From Fusobacteriia bacterium UBA1095 (GTDB taxonomy: Bacteria; Fusobacteriota; Fusobacteriia; Bac17; UBA816), in NCBI GenBank assembly GCA_002313635.1, contig DCBY01000030.1, positions 3,368 through 67,367 of the forward strand: a DNA stretch of 64,000 nucleotides. Direction: 5' to 3'. The translations under genes and the position numbers were made by a program. Positions 31,697-42,124 of this stretch are shown piece after piece; within the stretch, counting starts at the first letter, position 1, and every line of letters starts with the position of its first letter. The notes beneath the pieces were generated by a model. That model did no database searches and was not told where the DNA came from. It worked only from the letters and a program-made list of their open reading frames with translations.

Positions 31697-32515
31697 TTAT
31701 TTTAGCATAATCTCTATCTTTTCTATACACTCCTTAGCATATTTAGATGCTAAAATTCGATCTCTTGCAGAGGGAGCTCCTCCCCTTTGCATATGACCTA
31801 AGATTAATTTTCTAACCTCTCTATTATGATTTTTACTTAGTTTATCACACAAAATATCAATATCTGTAGCTCCTTCTGGTACTACTATTATGTTTGACTC
31901 TTTTAATGCTACTTTTTTTAGGGCACCTTCTATATCTTTTTCACTCAATATTGTTATATCAGGTAGTCCTGCTAAGTCACAGCTCTTAGCAATAAATTCA
32001 CTTCCGTTACCCATAACTTCTATGACAAAGTCTCTATTATGACTCCGTGCAGTTGTTTTCACATTGTCTATGCACTCTACTATCCTATTCAAAGCAGAGT
32101 CAAATCCTATGCTTTCTAAACCATCTATGTCATTATCTATGGATGCAGGGACAAAAAGCGTTTTTATATGCTTACTGAAGATTTGAGAAGCTTTTTTTGA
32201 TCCATCACCACCTAATATTATCAAGCAGTCTATCTTGTCTTCTTTCAAATTCTCTATGCATCTCTTTTGAACATCAGCTTTGAGGAAATCTTCTTTGAAT
32301 CTTGATGTTTTGATTACACTACCTCCTAGAGAAGATATTCCATCCACATCTTTTTTACTAATTGGGAATATATCCCTTTCGTATATTCCTTTTATACCTG
32401 ATTTGTAGTATACAACTTCATGGTTACAGTTCTTTACGAATGCTTCAATAAAGCTATTCATTCCTTGTGCATCACCACCACTAGTTATTACAGCTATTTT
32501 CAAATTAACCTCCAA
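31697..32515 (-). CDS. pfkA: minimal ATP-type 6-phosphofructokinase-like protein (272 aa)
   Basis: ITSGGDAQGMN, ILGGDGS, SIDND, GHMQRGG motifs. The MGR motif reads MGN. Confidence 0.75.
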   Translation of the reverse strand: MEVNLKIAVITSGGDAQGMNSFIEAFVKNCNHEVVYYKSGIKGIYERDIFPISKKDVDGISSLGGSVIKTSRFKEDFLKADVQKRCIENLKEDKIDCLIILGGDGSKKASQIFSKHIKTLFVPASIDNDIDGLESIGFDSALNRIVECIDNVKTTARSHNRDFVIEVMGNGSEFIAKSCDLAGLPDITILSEKDIEGALKKVALKESNIIVVPEGATDIDILCDKLSKNHNREVRKLILGHMQRGGAPSARDRILASKYAKECIEKIEIMLK

Positions 32516-33845
32516 CTAAATTTGTCATCCATCTTTTGGAACGAAACCTAAAGATAAATATTGTTGCTGTCAATATTTCAGATAGAATTAGAACAGAGTA
32601 TATTTTTGGTATATTCCAATTAAATAGGTATTTTCCTATATATATTGAAGGAAGAGCAAATATCCAGTCTGCCGTCATAGTTACAAACATCAAAAATACG
32701 TTGTCACCACCACTGCTTAGCATCCCATTAGACATAGTTGAATTGAAAGTACGTACCGGCATAGATATTCCTAACAGTGTTAGCATTGTCACAACGTAGC
32801 CAACAGTCTCTTCATCAATGTCCAAGAACCATGTTACCTTGCTAGAAAAGAAAATAAAGCAGCTTCCTATGATTAATGAGCTAGCTAGCCCGCTCCAGAT
32901 TATGGATTTGGCATGACTATATGCAGATTCAAACTTATTTCTTCCTAATTCAGCACCAATTATCACTATTGATGCTAAACCTACTCCTGCAAAGAGATCA
33001 GATAGTATGTTCTCCATTGGAGATATAATACCGTAAGCTGCTAGCTCCTCTTCACCTAATCTACCAAATATATTATGAGAGAACATTAGTGACAGGCTAG
33101 TCAATAGTCCTGCACTTAAGAGTGGAAGAGAGACCCTAAGAAATTTGTCTATATCTTTAAAAGAGAAATCTATATCCTTAATCTTAGATATAGGAGTTAT
33201 TTTATAGTTTACTATAGCAAGCAGAATGATTATTGATAAAACTTCAGATATCACTGTTGAGATAGCTGCTCCTCTTATTCCTAATGCAGGAATACCAAAT
33301 TTTCCATATATTAATATGAAATTGAATATGAAGTTTGTAAAAAGACTAATAACACTAACTAATAGAGCTGATACAACATTTCCTGTGCTCCTTACAACAG
33401 TCATCATTGGCATGATCAATGAGAAGCTAAAGCTGGTGAATATTATAATAGAGAGATAGGACCATGAAATGAGAACTATCTCTTTGGAATCTGAAAAGCT
33501 TGATAATATAAAATCTTTGTTAGTGAAGAATATTATGCAGAAAATCATAGCAGTAGAGAAAGTTATTATGCTGTTTATTGCAAAAGTTCTACTTACTCCC
33601 TCTTTATGTCTACTTCCCCTATATTGGGATATAAGTGATCCAGAAGCAGAGCATATAGCAATTATGGACATTCTCACTATAACCATAAACTTATTAGAAG
33701 ATCCTAGAGCTGCTATGAACTCTTCTCCTAAATAAGAGACCATCAGGTTATCTATTATAAAATTCATGGATATTACAAGCTGCTGTAGTGTTACTGGAAC
33801 TAAGACAGAGAACATTTTTTTCATTTGACTAAATTGTTCATCCAT
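32505..33845 (-). CDS. MATE family efflux transporter (copy 3 of 3)
   Basis: 12-TM profile; paralogous to the neighbours (…NWNIPKIYSVLILSEILTATIFIFRFRSKRWMTNLV). Confidence 0.85.
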   Translation of the reverse strand: MDEQFSQMKKMFSVLVPVTLQQLVISMNFIIDNLMVSYLGEEFIAALGSSNKFMVIVRMSIIAICSASGSLISQYRGSRHKEGVSRTFAINSIITFSTAMIFCIIFFTNKDFILSSFSDSKEIVLISWSYLSIIIFTSFSFSLIMPMMTVVRSTGNVVSALLVSVISLFTNFIFNFILIYGKFGIPALGIRGAAISTVISEVLSIIILLAIVNYKITPISKIKDIDFSFKDIDKFLRVSLPLLSAGLLTSLSLMFSHNIFGRLGEEELAAYGIISPMENILSDLFAGVGLASIVIIGAELGRNKFESAYSHAKSIIWSGLASSLIIGSCFIFFSSKVTWFLDIDEETVGYVVTMLTLLGISMPVRTFNSTMSNGMLSSGGDNVFLMFVTMTADWIFALPSIYIGKYLFNWNIPKIYSVLILSEILTATIFIFRFRSKRWMTNLVGG

Positions 33846-35131
33846 TTTTTAGACTTAAATCTCAAAACCATAAGAGTTAAAGTAACTACCTCTGATGCAT
33901 TCATTACAGTGTAAATAACATATATGTTCCAGTTATAGAAGTGATAACCTATGTAAGATATAGGTACTATCAATCCCCAAGCTAGTAGTACAGTTAATAG
34001 AAGTATAAATGTCATGTCTCCACCTGCTCTTAATATACCGTTGTATAGTATACTGCTTGAAAGCTTTACCGCCATAAATATGCCAAGTATTCTTAATAGA
34101 ATAGCTATATTAGCTGCTTCTTCATAACTGACTGAGTATAGAGAGGCTATATTACTGGACAGTATAGCCAATCCTAATCCTGCTACTGCTCCTACCATGG
34201 TTCCTACTTTCAACATATTTAAAGAGAAAGAAAAGGCTGCTTTCTTTTTGTCTAAAGCTAGCTTTCTTCCTACAAATATTAAAGTTGAAAAGCCAAATGC
34301 TGCAAAAATATCTAATATGATAGTCTCTATAGGAATAATTGCTCCATATGCAACAAGTTCTGATTTACCTAATTTACCGAATAGATTGTGCATTATCATA
34401 GTCTGCATTGACCATACAGCATGGGAGAAAAGAATTATTAAACTTATTCTAAGATAAGATCTGAAGTCACCTAAATTAGGACGGAACGCCTCTTTAGAGA
34501 ACATTTCTCTTTGCTTCATGTATGCAGCAACTATAAGAAAGAGTAGAGCAACTATCTCAGATATCACTGTTGAGTATGCAGCACCCCTTAGTCCATAACT
34601 CTTAAAGCCCCAGTTACCAAATACCAGGATGTAACTTAAGGAAAAGTTAACCAATAAACTTAGAGCTGATGAGAGCATAGGATAGAACAGAGAGCCTAAG
34701 CTTCTTAAAGATGTAATAAGAGAGAGATATATTGACAAAGTAAAGCTAGAAAAAATAACTATGTCTATGTAACTACCTGCTGCTGATACTATATCTTCAT
34801 CAGGAGAGAATGAAGTAAGAATAAAAGATCTATTGGTAAAGTATGTAACTATAAAAAATATAGAGAATAGAACGCTTGTTACTACACTTACAGTTAAAGT
34901 TTTACCTATCTCTCCTTTTTTACTACTCTTGCTAAGCTGTGCTGAAATTACAGCATTACCAATTGAGAAGGCGACTATGCTAAACCTAATTATAAAAAGG
35001 AACCTGTTACTTGACCCTAAAGCTGCAATTGCAACAGATCCTATCTGACTAACTATTATATTATCTAATATGAAATTTACTGATGTTACAGCCTGTTGAA
35101 GTGCTATAGGCACTACATAATTTAATATCAT
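33821..35131 (-). CDS. MATE family efflux transporter (copy 2 of 3)
   Basis: Paralogy; conserved C-terminal RFKSKKWMNNLVK. Confidence 0.85.
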   Translation of the reverse strand: MILNYVVPIALQQAVTSVNFILDNIIVSQIGSVAIAALGSSNRFLFIIRFSIVAFSIGNAVISAQLSKSSKKGEIGKTLTVSVVTSVLFSIFFIVTYFTNRSFILTSFSPDEDIVSAAGSYIDIVIFSSFTLSIYLSLITSLRSLGSLFYPMLSSALSLLVNFSLSYILVFGNWGFKSYGLRGAAYSTVISEIVALLFLIVAAYMKQREMFSKEAFRPNLGDFRSYLRISLIILFSHAVWSMQTMIMHNLFGKLGKSELVAYGAIIPIETIILDIFAAFGFSTLIFVGRKLALDKKKAAFSFSLNMLKVGTMVGAVAGLGLAILSSNIASLYSVSYEEAANIAILLRILGIFMAVKLSSSILYNGILRAGGDMTFILLLTVLLAWGLIVPISYIGYHFYNWNIYVIYTVMNASEVVTLTLMVLRFKSKKWMNNLVK

Positions 35132-36468
35132 TCTTCCTCCCTTTTAGAAAGATTTTTCATCCATTTTTTAGAACGAAATCTAATTACAAACATCAATGCT
35201 AACACTATTTCCATGAAGTTGGCTACAAAGTATACTTCCACTGGCCCCCAATTGAGGTGGGTGTGTCCTATGTATAGAGAGGGCAGTGTCATGAACCAAC
35301 TTGTTATAGCTACTATCCAGAATATGAATACAGAATCACCACCACTTCTAAATGTACCATTTAAAGAGATAGAGTTAAAAACTCTTACCCAGAGAAATAT
35401 GGAGAATATTCCTATCATTGATGTAAGATACTGATGGGACATAGGTGAAATTTTATTGTAAAAAGAGGCTATAAAACCTGATGAAATGTAGCCTAAAGAA
35501 CCTATTATCCCTGCTATCAAAGCTCCTATTAAACTAATATCCTTTGCTTTTTTGTAGGCAGATTCAAAATTATTCCTACCTAGCTCTGTCCCTACCATTA
35601 TCAATACGGCACTACCAAAACCTCCAAACAGATATTGGATAGATGTTTCTACAGGGGATAAAGCACTGAATGCTGCTAATGCATCTGTGCCCATCATACC
35701 AAAAATATTATGTATTTTACTTAAGCAGGCTCCCCATAAGAAATTAGCAATTGTTAGAGGAACTGCTAAGGTTAAGTACTTCTTTACAAAACTAAATGGT
35801 ATCTTTTTCACATATTCAAAACTGGATATAACTTTGTACCCTAACAAGTCAGAGGCAATATAGCCCACAATTACTACAAAAATTTCAGATACAAGTGTAG
35901 CTATAGCAGCTCCTATCATACCCATTTTTGGAAATCCAAACTTACCGAAAATCAAAAGGTAATTTAGTGAAAAATTGGTGGCAAGCATCACAGTTGTCAA
36001 TATAAAAGGGAAGTTCACAACTCCCTTGCTTCTAAGTGATGCAATCATAGGGAATAGAATTGATAACACTATTATAGAGAAGACCCCAACGTTTAGATAT
36101 ATTCCAGCTAATCTCTGTATCTCTGGATTTTCTGAAAAAGTTATTGGGATCCACTTCCTGTTTACAAAGTAAAATATAGCAAATCCTAAGGAAAAAGTGA
36201 GGCTAAGAACAAAATTTACTACAAATGCTCTGCTTGTCCCTCTATTGTCAGCTTTTGAATGAAACTGAGATGTAAGAATAGAGTTGCCTGTCAATATACC
36301 CAAGAGTGTAATTTTAGCAATCCCTATGAATTTGTTAGCAGATCCCGCAGCTGCTAAAGCTTCATTACCAAGCTTACCTACCATATATGTATCTAAAAGT
36401 GAATTTAACGATAACATAAGATGCTGAAAGGCTATAGGAATAACTATTTTAAAAAGCTGTATTATCAT
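35128..36468 (-). CDS. MATE family efflux transporter (copy 1 of 3)
   Basis: Paralogy; conserved C-terminal RFRSKKWMKNLSK. Confidence 0.85.
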   Translation of the reverse strand: MIIQLFKIVIPIAFQHLMLSLNSLLDTYMVGKLGNEALAAAGSANKFIGIAKITLLGILTGNSILTSQFHSKADNRGTSRAFVVNFVLSLTFSLGFAIFYFVNRKWIPITFSENPEIQRLAGIYLNVGVFSIIVLSILFPMIASLRSKGVVNFPFILTTVMLATNFSLNYLLIFGKFGFPKMGMIGAAIATLVSEIFVVIVGYIASDLLGYKVISSFEYVKKIPFSFVKKYLTLAVPLTIANFLWGACLSKIHNIFGMMGTDALAAFSALSPVETSIQYLFGGFGSAVLIMVGTELGRNNFESAYKKAKDISLIGALIAGIIGSLGYISSGFIASFYNKISPMSHQYLTSMIGIFSIFLWVRVFNSISLNGTFRSGGDSVFIFWIVAITSWFMTLPSLYIGHTHLNWGPVEVYFVANFMEIVLALMFVIRFRSKKWMKNLSKREEE

Positions 36469-36535
36469 TTCCCCTCAATAACTGTGTTAAAATTTATAAC
36501 GTATAGTAGAAATTATAGCATACTAAAGGGATATT

Positions 36536-37402
36536 ATGAATAAAATACAGGACTTTATAAAGCATAACCAAATACTGAATAGAAGCAATAACACCATTAA
36601 AGCTTATGTTTCGGATATAAGGCAATTTGTGGATTTTATCTGTGACAAAGAGAGTGAAATGAAGAATATAACAACGCTTCATATAAGACACTATCTCTCT
36701 TACCTGTCGCTAAAGGATGTATCAAAAAAGAGTGTTGCCAGGAAGCTGTCTTCCTTGAAAAACTTTTTTGATTTTCTAGTACAAAAAGGTGAAATAAGTG
36801 TTAATCCAGCTTATATTCTTAAGTCCCCTAAGATAGGTAGATTTCTGCCATCTGTGCTTTCAGTGAAAGAGTTTACCAAGATAAGAAATATCATATTTAA
36901 AAATGATTTTGCAAGCAAAAGGGATAGAACCATTTTGGAGTTTTTATACTCTAGTGGTGTAAGATCTGAGGAGCTTCTTTCTATAAGAGATAGAGATATA
37001 GACTTGAAAAATAGGGAAGCTTTAGTTACGGGTAAAGGATCGAAAGAGAGGGTAGTATTTTTCAGTTATGAGGCTCAATCATCTCTTCTAGATTATCTAC
37101 CTTTGAAAAAAACTAAATTTCCAGAAGCTACTTTTTCATTTGTTAATAGATTTGGAACAAAACTATCTTCTAGATTTTTGAGGAAGTTAGTGAATAAGTA
37201 TGCATCACTTGCAGGTATAGAGAAAGAGGTGACACCGCACACTTTTAGACACTCTTTTGCCACCTTACTAATGGATCAAGGCGTTAGTTTGAAGATAATT
37301 CAAGAGCTACTTGGTCACTCATCTATATCTTCTACTCAAATATATACTCACATATCTAGAGAAGAGCTAAAGAGGTCCTATGACAGGTATGCAATCAAAT
37401 AA
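36536..37402 (+). CDS. tyrosine site-specific recombinase, XerC/XerD family
   Basis: R...HxxR...Y catalytic set (HTFRHSFATLLMDQG...LLGHSSISSTQIYTH). Confidence 0.8.
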   Translation: MNKIQDFIKHNQILNRSNNTIKAYVSDIRQFVDFICDKESEMKNITTLHIRHYLSYLSLKDVSKKSVARKLSSLKNFFDFLVQKGEISVNPAYILKSPKIGRFLPSVLSVKEFTKIRNIIFKNDFASKRDRTILEFLYSSGVRSEELLSIRDRDIDLKNREALVTGKGSKERVVFFSYEAQSSLLDYLPLKKTKFPEATFSFVNRFGTKLSSRFLRKLVNKYASLAGIEKEVTPHTFRHSFATLLMDQGVSLKIIQELLGHSSISSTQIYTHISREELKRSYDRYAIK

Positions 37403-38573
37403 AGTTTTGAATGACTTTAAACATAATTTAAGCAAATTTAACTTGAACAGAGAGGTGGTAATCGCCTTTTCTGGAGGTTCGGACTCTAGTTTTATGCTAG
37501 ATCTATTTCTACGTTTAGGTTACAAAATTGAGCTTGCTTATGTGAATCATATGCTACGGAAAGACTCTGAGGCAGAAGAAGAGTTTGTTAAAAAAGTTGC
37601 TGAGGTTAATAATCTTACTATTCATGTGAAAAGAGTTGATGTTTCCAAGTTTGCTAAAGAGAGAAAGATTGGTATAGAAGAGGCTGCTAGAGAGGTTAGA
37701 TATGACTTTTTCAACTCTTTGAAAGGGACAATAGCTACAGCTCACAATTTGGATGATAATTTAGAAACATTTATTTTTAGACTTATAAGAGGCTCGTCTA
37801 TAAATGGATTAAGAGGTATTCCTGAAGTTAGAGATAAGTATATCAGGCCCATCCTCACCTTTAGCAAAAGAGTTATCTTAAATTATCTTCATGAATATGG
37901 CATTAAATATGTTGATGACTATTCTAATAGGACAAATGATTTTACTAGAAACAAGATAAGAAACAAAATTTTTCCACTTTTTGAAGAGATAAATTCTGGA
38001 TTTAGATCCAAAATTGCTAATTTCATGAATGACTTGAAAGAGATTGAATTGGATGAGTATAGTTCCCTTATCAAGGAGCAGGGTATGAATAGAAGAAAGA
38101 TGAATCAGATAAAAAAAATTAAAGATAGAAATGGCTCTCTCTCTCTAGACATTTCTAAGGACAGGGTTTTAAGGAAGGTATATGATGAGATATACATAGA
38201 GAACAGAAAAAATACAAAGCCTGTAGAGACTTCCATTGTCTTAGGGGGCAGTGTCGAATTTGGAGAGTGCAAGATAGACGCAGAAGTAGTAGAAAAAGTA
38301 ACAGAAGATTCTGATAGAGTTTGTCACATAGAGTATTTGGAAGGTATGAAAGTTAGGTCTAGAAAGCCTGGGGATTCTTTTTATCAAAAGGGGCTTGATG
38401 GAAGAAAGAGCCTTAAAAAATTTCTTATAGATAGAAAGGTTAACAGGTTTGTAAGGGATAACATACCTATAATAACTTATAATAACGAAATAGTATGGGT
38501 TGCTGGTTATGTAGTTTCAGAAAAATTCAGGCCTAAGGATGGTAAGATAATAAGATTGAGCTTAAGGAATTAG
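37380..38573 (+). CDS. tilS: tRNA(Ile)-lysidine synthetase
   Basis: PP-loop VIAFSGGSDSS; TilS C-terminal domain. Confidence 0.85.
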   Translation: MTGMQSNKVLNDFKHNLSKFNLNREVVIAFSGGSDSSFMLDLFLRLGYKIELAYVNHMLRKDSEAEEEFVKKVAEVNNLTIHVKRVDVSKFAKERKIGIEEAAREVRYDFFNSLKGTIATAHNLDDNLETFIFRLIRGSSINGLRGIPEVRDKYIRPILTFSKRVILNYLHEYGIKYVDDYSNRTNDFTRNKIRNKIFPLFEEINSGFRSKIANFMNDLKEIELDEYSSLIKEQGMNRRKMNQIKKIKDRNGSLSLDISKDRVLRKVYDEIYIENRKNTKPVETSIVLGGSVEFGECKIDAEVVEKVTEDSDRVCHIEYLEGMKVRSRKPGDSFYQKGLDGRKSLKKFLIDRKVNRFVRDNIPIITYNNEIVWVAGYVVSEKFRPKDGKIIRLSLRN

Positions 38574-38604
38574 CTATGATAAAATCTATCTAGGAGTTGT
38601 TATA

Positions 38605-40383
38605 ATGAAAAAAAATTTAGGAACTGTACTTTTTGTTTTATTTCTTTTAGCGGGTCTGTTTGCTCTACCCTACATTTTTGGGGATGGTGATGTGGAGGAT
38701 ATGAGTTATTCGAACTTTGTTCAATTGGTAGAAGAGGAGAAGGTAAAAGAGGTCTCAGAGCTGCCTCCATATCTGTTTGCTAAAACTAAAAATGGAGAGA
38801 GTGTTAGAGTAAAGATGCTTAGCTCAAAATTGTTAGACGATAGCTCTCTTATGGAGTCATTAAAGAGAAGCTCTGCAGATGTAAGGAGTAAAGATGTAGA
38901 GTCGCCAAATATTTTAATTTGGATATCTAGCTTCTTACCTATGATACTTATGGTACTATTCTTTGTTTTCTTATCTAGAAGAATGGGAATGGGCAAAATG
39001 CCAGGAGCTAAGCCTAGTGATATAGGTAGAATGAGTAGTAAAAAAGTGACATTTGCAGATGTTGCTGGTCTTGAAGAGGCCAAAAGAGATCTCATGGAGA
39101 TAGTAGAATTTCTTAAAAATCCTTTCAAATTTTTGAAGTTAGGAGCTAGGATACCTAAAGGTGTACTTATGTTAGGGGAGCCCGGTACCGGTAAGACATT
39201 GCTAGCTAAAGCAGTGGCGGGAGAAGCGGGAGTGCCTTTCTTCAATATATCTGGTTCTGAGTTTGTTGAGATGTTTGTCGGTGTGGGAGCATCAAGAGTA
39301 AGAGATCTATTTAACAAAGCAAAAAAGCATGCTCCTTGCATAGTATTTATAGATGAGATAGATGCGGTTGCTAGAAAAAGAGGCACAAGCCATGGCGGTG
39401 GAAATGATGAAAGAGAGCAGACATTGAACCAGCTTTTAGTTGAAATGGATGGATTTTCAGAAAATCAAAATGTCATAGTTATTGCTGCTACAAATAGAGC
39501 AGAGGTCCTAGATGAGGCAATTTTAAGACCTGGTCGTTTCGATAGGAGAGTCTCTGTAGATCCACCTACGTTCAAAGAGAGGGTAGAAATATTGTTAGTT
39601 CACTCTAGAAATAAGCCTCTCTGCCCTGATGTTAAGCTGGAGAATGTAGCTAAGAAGACATCAGGTATGGTGGGGGCTGATTTAGAAAACATACTAAATG
39701 AAGCAGCCATAATAGCAGCTAGGAAAGATTCTGATGAGATAACAAGTAAGCATATAGAAGAAGCCGTAGAGGTAGTTGTAGCAGGACCTGAGCGTAAGAG
39801 TAAGGTTATGAGTCCCGAAGAGAAAAAAGTAGTTGCTTATCATGAAGCGGGTCATGCGATAGTTGCATATATGCTTCCCAATACTAGACCTATTCACAAG
39901 ATATCTATAATTCCTAGAGGTAAATCTGCACTTGGTTATGTTATTAGATTTCCTACTGAAGATAAATTTTTATGGTCTAAGGAAGATTTTTTAAATGATA
40001 TAAGAGTCTCAATGGGAGGAAGAGTAGCTGAGGAATTAATGTTTAAAGAAATTACCTCAGGAGCACATAACGACATAGATAAGGCAACTTCTACTGCTAA
40101 AAACATGGTTGCCATTTATGGAATGTCTCAGAAAATAGGCCCTGTAGCTCTTTTTTCTGAAAGAGAGTTAGCAATGAAAAGAGGCGATACAAGGAATTTT
40201 AGTAATGAGACCTCTTTGGTTTTTGATGAAGAGGTGAAATCTATAATTTTGTCTTGTTATGAGGATGCTAAAGAGATAATAATGAATAATTTTGGTAAAT
40301 TAAAAGCAGTTGCAGAATATCTTCTTAAAGAGGAAATAATATTCGAACACGAAGTTGCCAATATTATTGAGTCAAGTGTATAA
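38605..40383 (+). CDS. ftsH: ATP-dependent zinc metalloprotease FtsH
   Basis: N-terminal TM; GEPGTGKT Walker A; SRH; HEAGHAIV zinc site. Confidence 0.96.
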   Translation: MKKNLGTVLFVLFLLAGLFALPYIFGDGDVEDMSYSNFVQLVEEEKVKEVSELPPYLFAKTKNGESVRVKMLSSKLLDDSSLMESLKRSSADVRSKDVESPNILIWISSFLPMILMVLFFVFLSRRMGMGKMPGAKPSDIGRMSSKKVTFADVAGLEEAKRDLMEIVEFLKNPFKFLKLGARIPKGVLMLGEPGTGKTLLAKAVAGEAGVPFFNISGSEFVEMFVGVGASRVRDLFNKAKKHAPCIVFIDEIDAVARKRGTSHGGGNDEREQTLNQLLVEMDGFSENQNVIVIAATNRAEVLDEAILRPGRFDRRVSVDPPTFKERVEILLVHSRNKPLCPDVKLENVAKKTSGMVGADLENILNEAAIIAARKDSDEITSKHIEEAVEVVVAGPERKSKVMSPEEKKVVAYHEAGHAIVAYMLPNTRPIHKISIIPRGKSALGYVIRFPTEDKFLWSKEDFLNDIRVSMGGRVAEELMFKEITSGAHNDIDKATSTAKNMVAIYGMSQKIGPVALFSERELAMKRGDTRNFSNETSLVFDEEVKSIILSCYEDAKEIIMNNFGKLKAVAEYLLKEEIIFEHEVANIIESSV

Positions 40384-40386
40384 TCT

Positions 40387-40893
40387 TTGAAATATTTTTT
40401 CGGGAGGAATATGATGTTTAATAATAAAAAGTTACAGAGAATGGCACTACTATTTCAACCAAATGTGGTGGGTTATGCTTCATCCTTTTTGACTAGTTGT
40501 ATAGCAGTTGAAGGGTATTCAGAAATGTATTCAAGGGTAATGGAAAGAACTGTACTTGCTCCGCCTTCGTGTCTATTCCTCCCAATCTGGATTTTATTGT
40601 ATACATTGATGGGTATAGCAGCTATTAGAGTCTTCTCTTTGAGTGAGTCTACCAACAAGAGAAAGGGAATGATTTGGAATCAAATTCAGCTTTTCTTTAA
40701 TTTTTCATGGAGTATAGTATATTTTGGATTAAAAATGGTGATTTTGTCCTTTGCTAATATAGTCTTACTTTGGTTATCTATAGCTACCACGATGTACTTC
40801 TACAGAAAAATAGATAGAGTGGCTTTCTATCTTTTATTACCTTATATATTGTGGGTTAGTTTTGCCTCATATCTCAACTTTTTAGCCATATAG
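40387..40893 (+). CDS. tspO: TspO/MBR (tryptophan-rich sensory protein) family membrane protein
   Basis: …APPSCLFLPIWILLYTLMGIAA… and C-terminal LLLPYILWVSFASYLNF match TspO conserved blocks. Confidence 0.75.
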   Translation: MKYFFGRNMMFNNKKLQRMALLFQPNVVGYASSFLTSCIAVEGYSEMYSRVMERTVLAPPSCLFLPIWILLYTLMGIAAIRVFSLSESTNKRKGMIWNQIQLFFNFSWSIVYFGLKMVILSFANIVLLWLSIATTMYFYRKIDRVAFYLLLPYILWVSFASYLNFLAI

Positions 40894-40896
40894 AGA

Positions 40897-40925
40897 TTGA
40901 CATAATTACTCAAATATATTAGAAT
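40897..40925 (+). promoter_or_regulatory. sigma70 promoter TTGACA-17-TAGAAT for the Thr/Tyr/Thr tRNA cluster
   Basis: Consensus hexamers; TSS predicted ~6 nt before the tRNA at 40939. Confidence 0.55.
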
Positions 40926-40938
40926 TTATTGATGTTAA

Positions 40939-41015
40939 GCCACCTTAGCTCAGTTGGCCAGAGCAACTGATTTGTAATCAGTGGGTCGTCCGTTCGAATC
41001 GGACAGGTGGCTCCA
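40939..41015 (+). tRNA. tRNA-Thr (anticodon UGU)
   Basis: Anticodon loop uuTGTaa; encoded CCA. Confidence 0.9.
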
Positions 41016-41101
41016 GGTGAGGTACCCAAGCGGCCAACGGGATCAGACTGTAAATCTGACGGCATCTGCCTTCGAAGGTTCGAATCCTTCCCTCACCACC
41101 A
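41016..41101 (+). tRNA. tRNA-Tyr (anticodon GUA), long variable arm
   Basis: Near-identical to the canonical bacterial tRNA-Tyr (…CAGACTGTAAATCTG…GAAGGTTCGAATCCTTC). Confidence 0.92.
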
Positions 41102-41107
41102 TGAAAT

Positions 41108-41183
<76 letters not shown>

Positions 41184-41201
41184 TAACAGAGAGGTGAGAA
41201 T

Positions 41202-41504
41202 ATGCAAGATTTCCAAGAGAACGTATTAAATAAGCAAGGTCTAGTTTTAGTAGATTTTTGGGCGCCCTGGTGTAGGTATTGCATACTTCTTGAACCAACC
41301 TTAAAAGAATTAGAAGATAAATTCAAAAATAATTTTTCCATATTCAAAGTAAATGTTGATGAGAAGCCTGGAGTGGCCCAAGAGTTTGGGGTTATGTCCC
41401 TTCCTACTTTGAAATTCTTTAAAAATGGTAAGGAGCTTGATATAGAGATTACTGATAGATCATTTGAAGCTCTAAGTGAAATTATAGAGAAAAATATATC
41501 CTAA
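41202..41504 (+). CDS. thioredoxin-fold protein with a non-canonical WCRYC active site
   Basis: LVDFWAPWCRYC aligns to TrxA LVDFWAEWCGPC; rest of the fold conserved (SLPTLKFFKNGKE). Confidence 0.8.
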   Translation: MQDFQENVLNKQGLVLVDFWAPWCRYCILLEPTLKELEDKFKNNFSIFKVNVDEKPGVAQEFGVMSLPTLKFFKNGKELDIEITDRSFEALSEIIEKNIS

Positions 41505-41558
41505 TAGGATTTTTCTAGCTCTGTTCCCTCTTCACGTCTACCCATTTTTAATTTCTAT

Positions 41559-42065
41559 CTAATCCAAGATTACGGGATCATTAGAGAAAGCTATGTTTGC
41601 ATATTTTATTACAATCTTATCTGCTCCTATTTCTACTTTACTTTGTTCATTAAGCAGAATTGTTACTTCGAGAAGTATCTCTGAGTTTTCCTCTTTTGAC
41701 ATTTTGATTTCATAATCATTGAATAAAGTCTGAGAATATTCAAAGCTTAGGCTGTATTTTACGACATTTTCATTTCTTTCCTTCAAATAGAGTTGAGCAT
41801 TTGTTACTGATGTATTATCAGTTTGTAATGAATGATTATAGACAGCATCTTGGTTTGAGAATTTTATTGCAGGTACTGGAAATTGTAATACGTAAAATTG
41901 TTCACTTTTTGATTGTACAGGATTATTGTCTTCATCCAGGTACTCTACAACTATGTTTCTGTTTGTTAAATCTATGTATTTGTAGCCTTCAAAAGTGAAA
42001 AAATTTGCATTGACAGAACTTGCAGAAGCGCAAGAGAGTATAAATGAAAAAAGAATATAGAGCAT
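41559..42065 (-). CDS. small lipoprotein (FILSC), family Y member 1
   Basis: Lipobox; paralog of 42125-42640 (NFFTFEGYKYIDL vs NFFPFEGYKRMNV). Confidence 0.55.
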   Translation of the reverse strand: MLYILFSFILSCASASSVNANFFTFEGYKYIDLTNRNIVVEYLDEDNNPVQSKSEQFYVLQFPVPAIKFSNQDAVYNHSLQTDNTSVTNAQLYLKERNENVVKYSLSFEYSQTLFNDYEIKMSKEENSEILLEVTILLNEQSKVEIGADKIVIKYANIAFSNDPVILD

Positions 42066-42124
42066 TTTGTCTCCTTAAATTTTTTTGTAGCTAGTTTGCA
42101 AATATACCAATGTGAATTCAATCT

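Noticed and set aside
33226-36172. Several 65-88-aa plus-strand ORFs (33226, 33469, 34197, 34833, 35213, 35975)
   Set aside because: Antisense shadows inside the three MATE genes.
36536-37402. Tyrosine recombinase as a marker of an integrated mobile element
   Set aside because: No flanking tRNA/att direct repeats and no phage or IS genes. It is embedded between housekeeping genes (MATE, tilS, ftsH). It is most consistent with a chromosomal XerC/XerD-type resolvase.
38721-39386. 221-aa minus-strand ORF
   Set aside because: Antisense to the well-supported ftsH, with an Ala/Pro/Ser-rich artefact translation.
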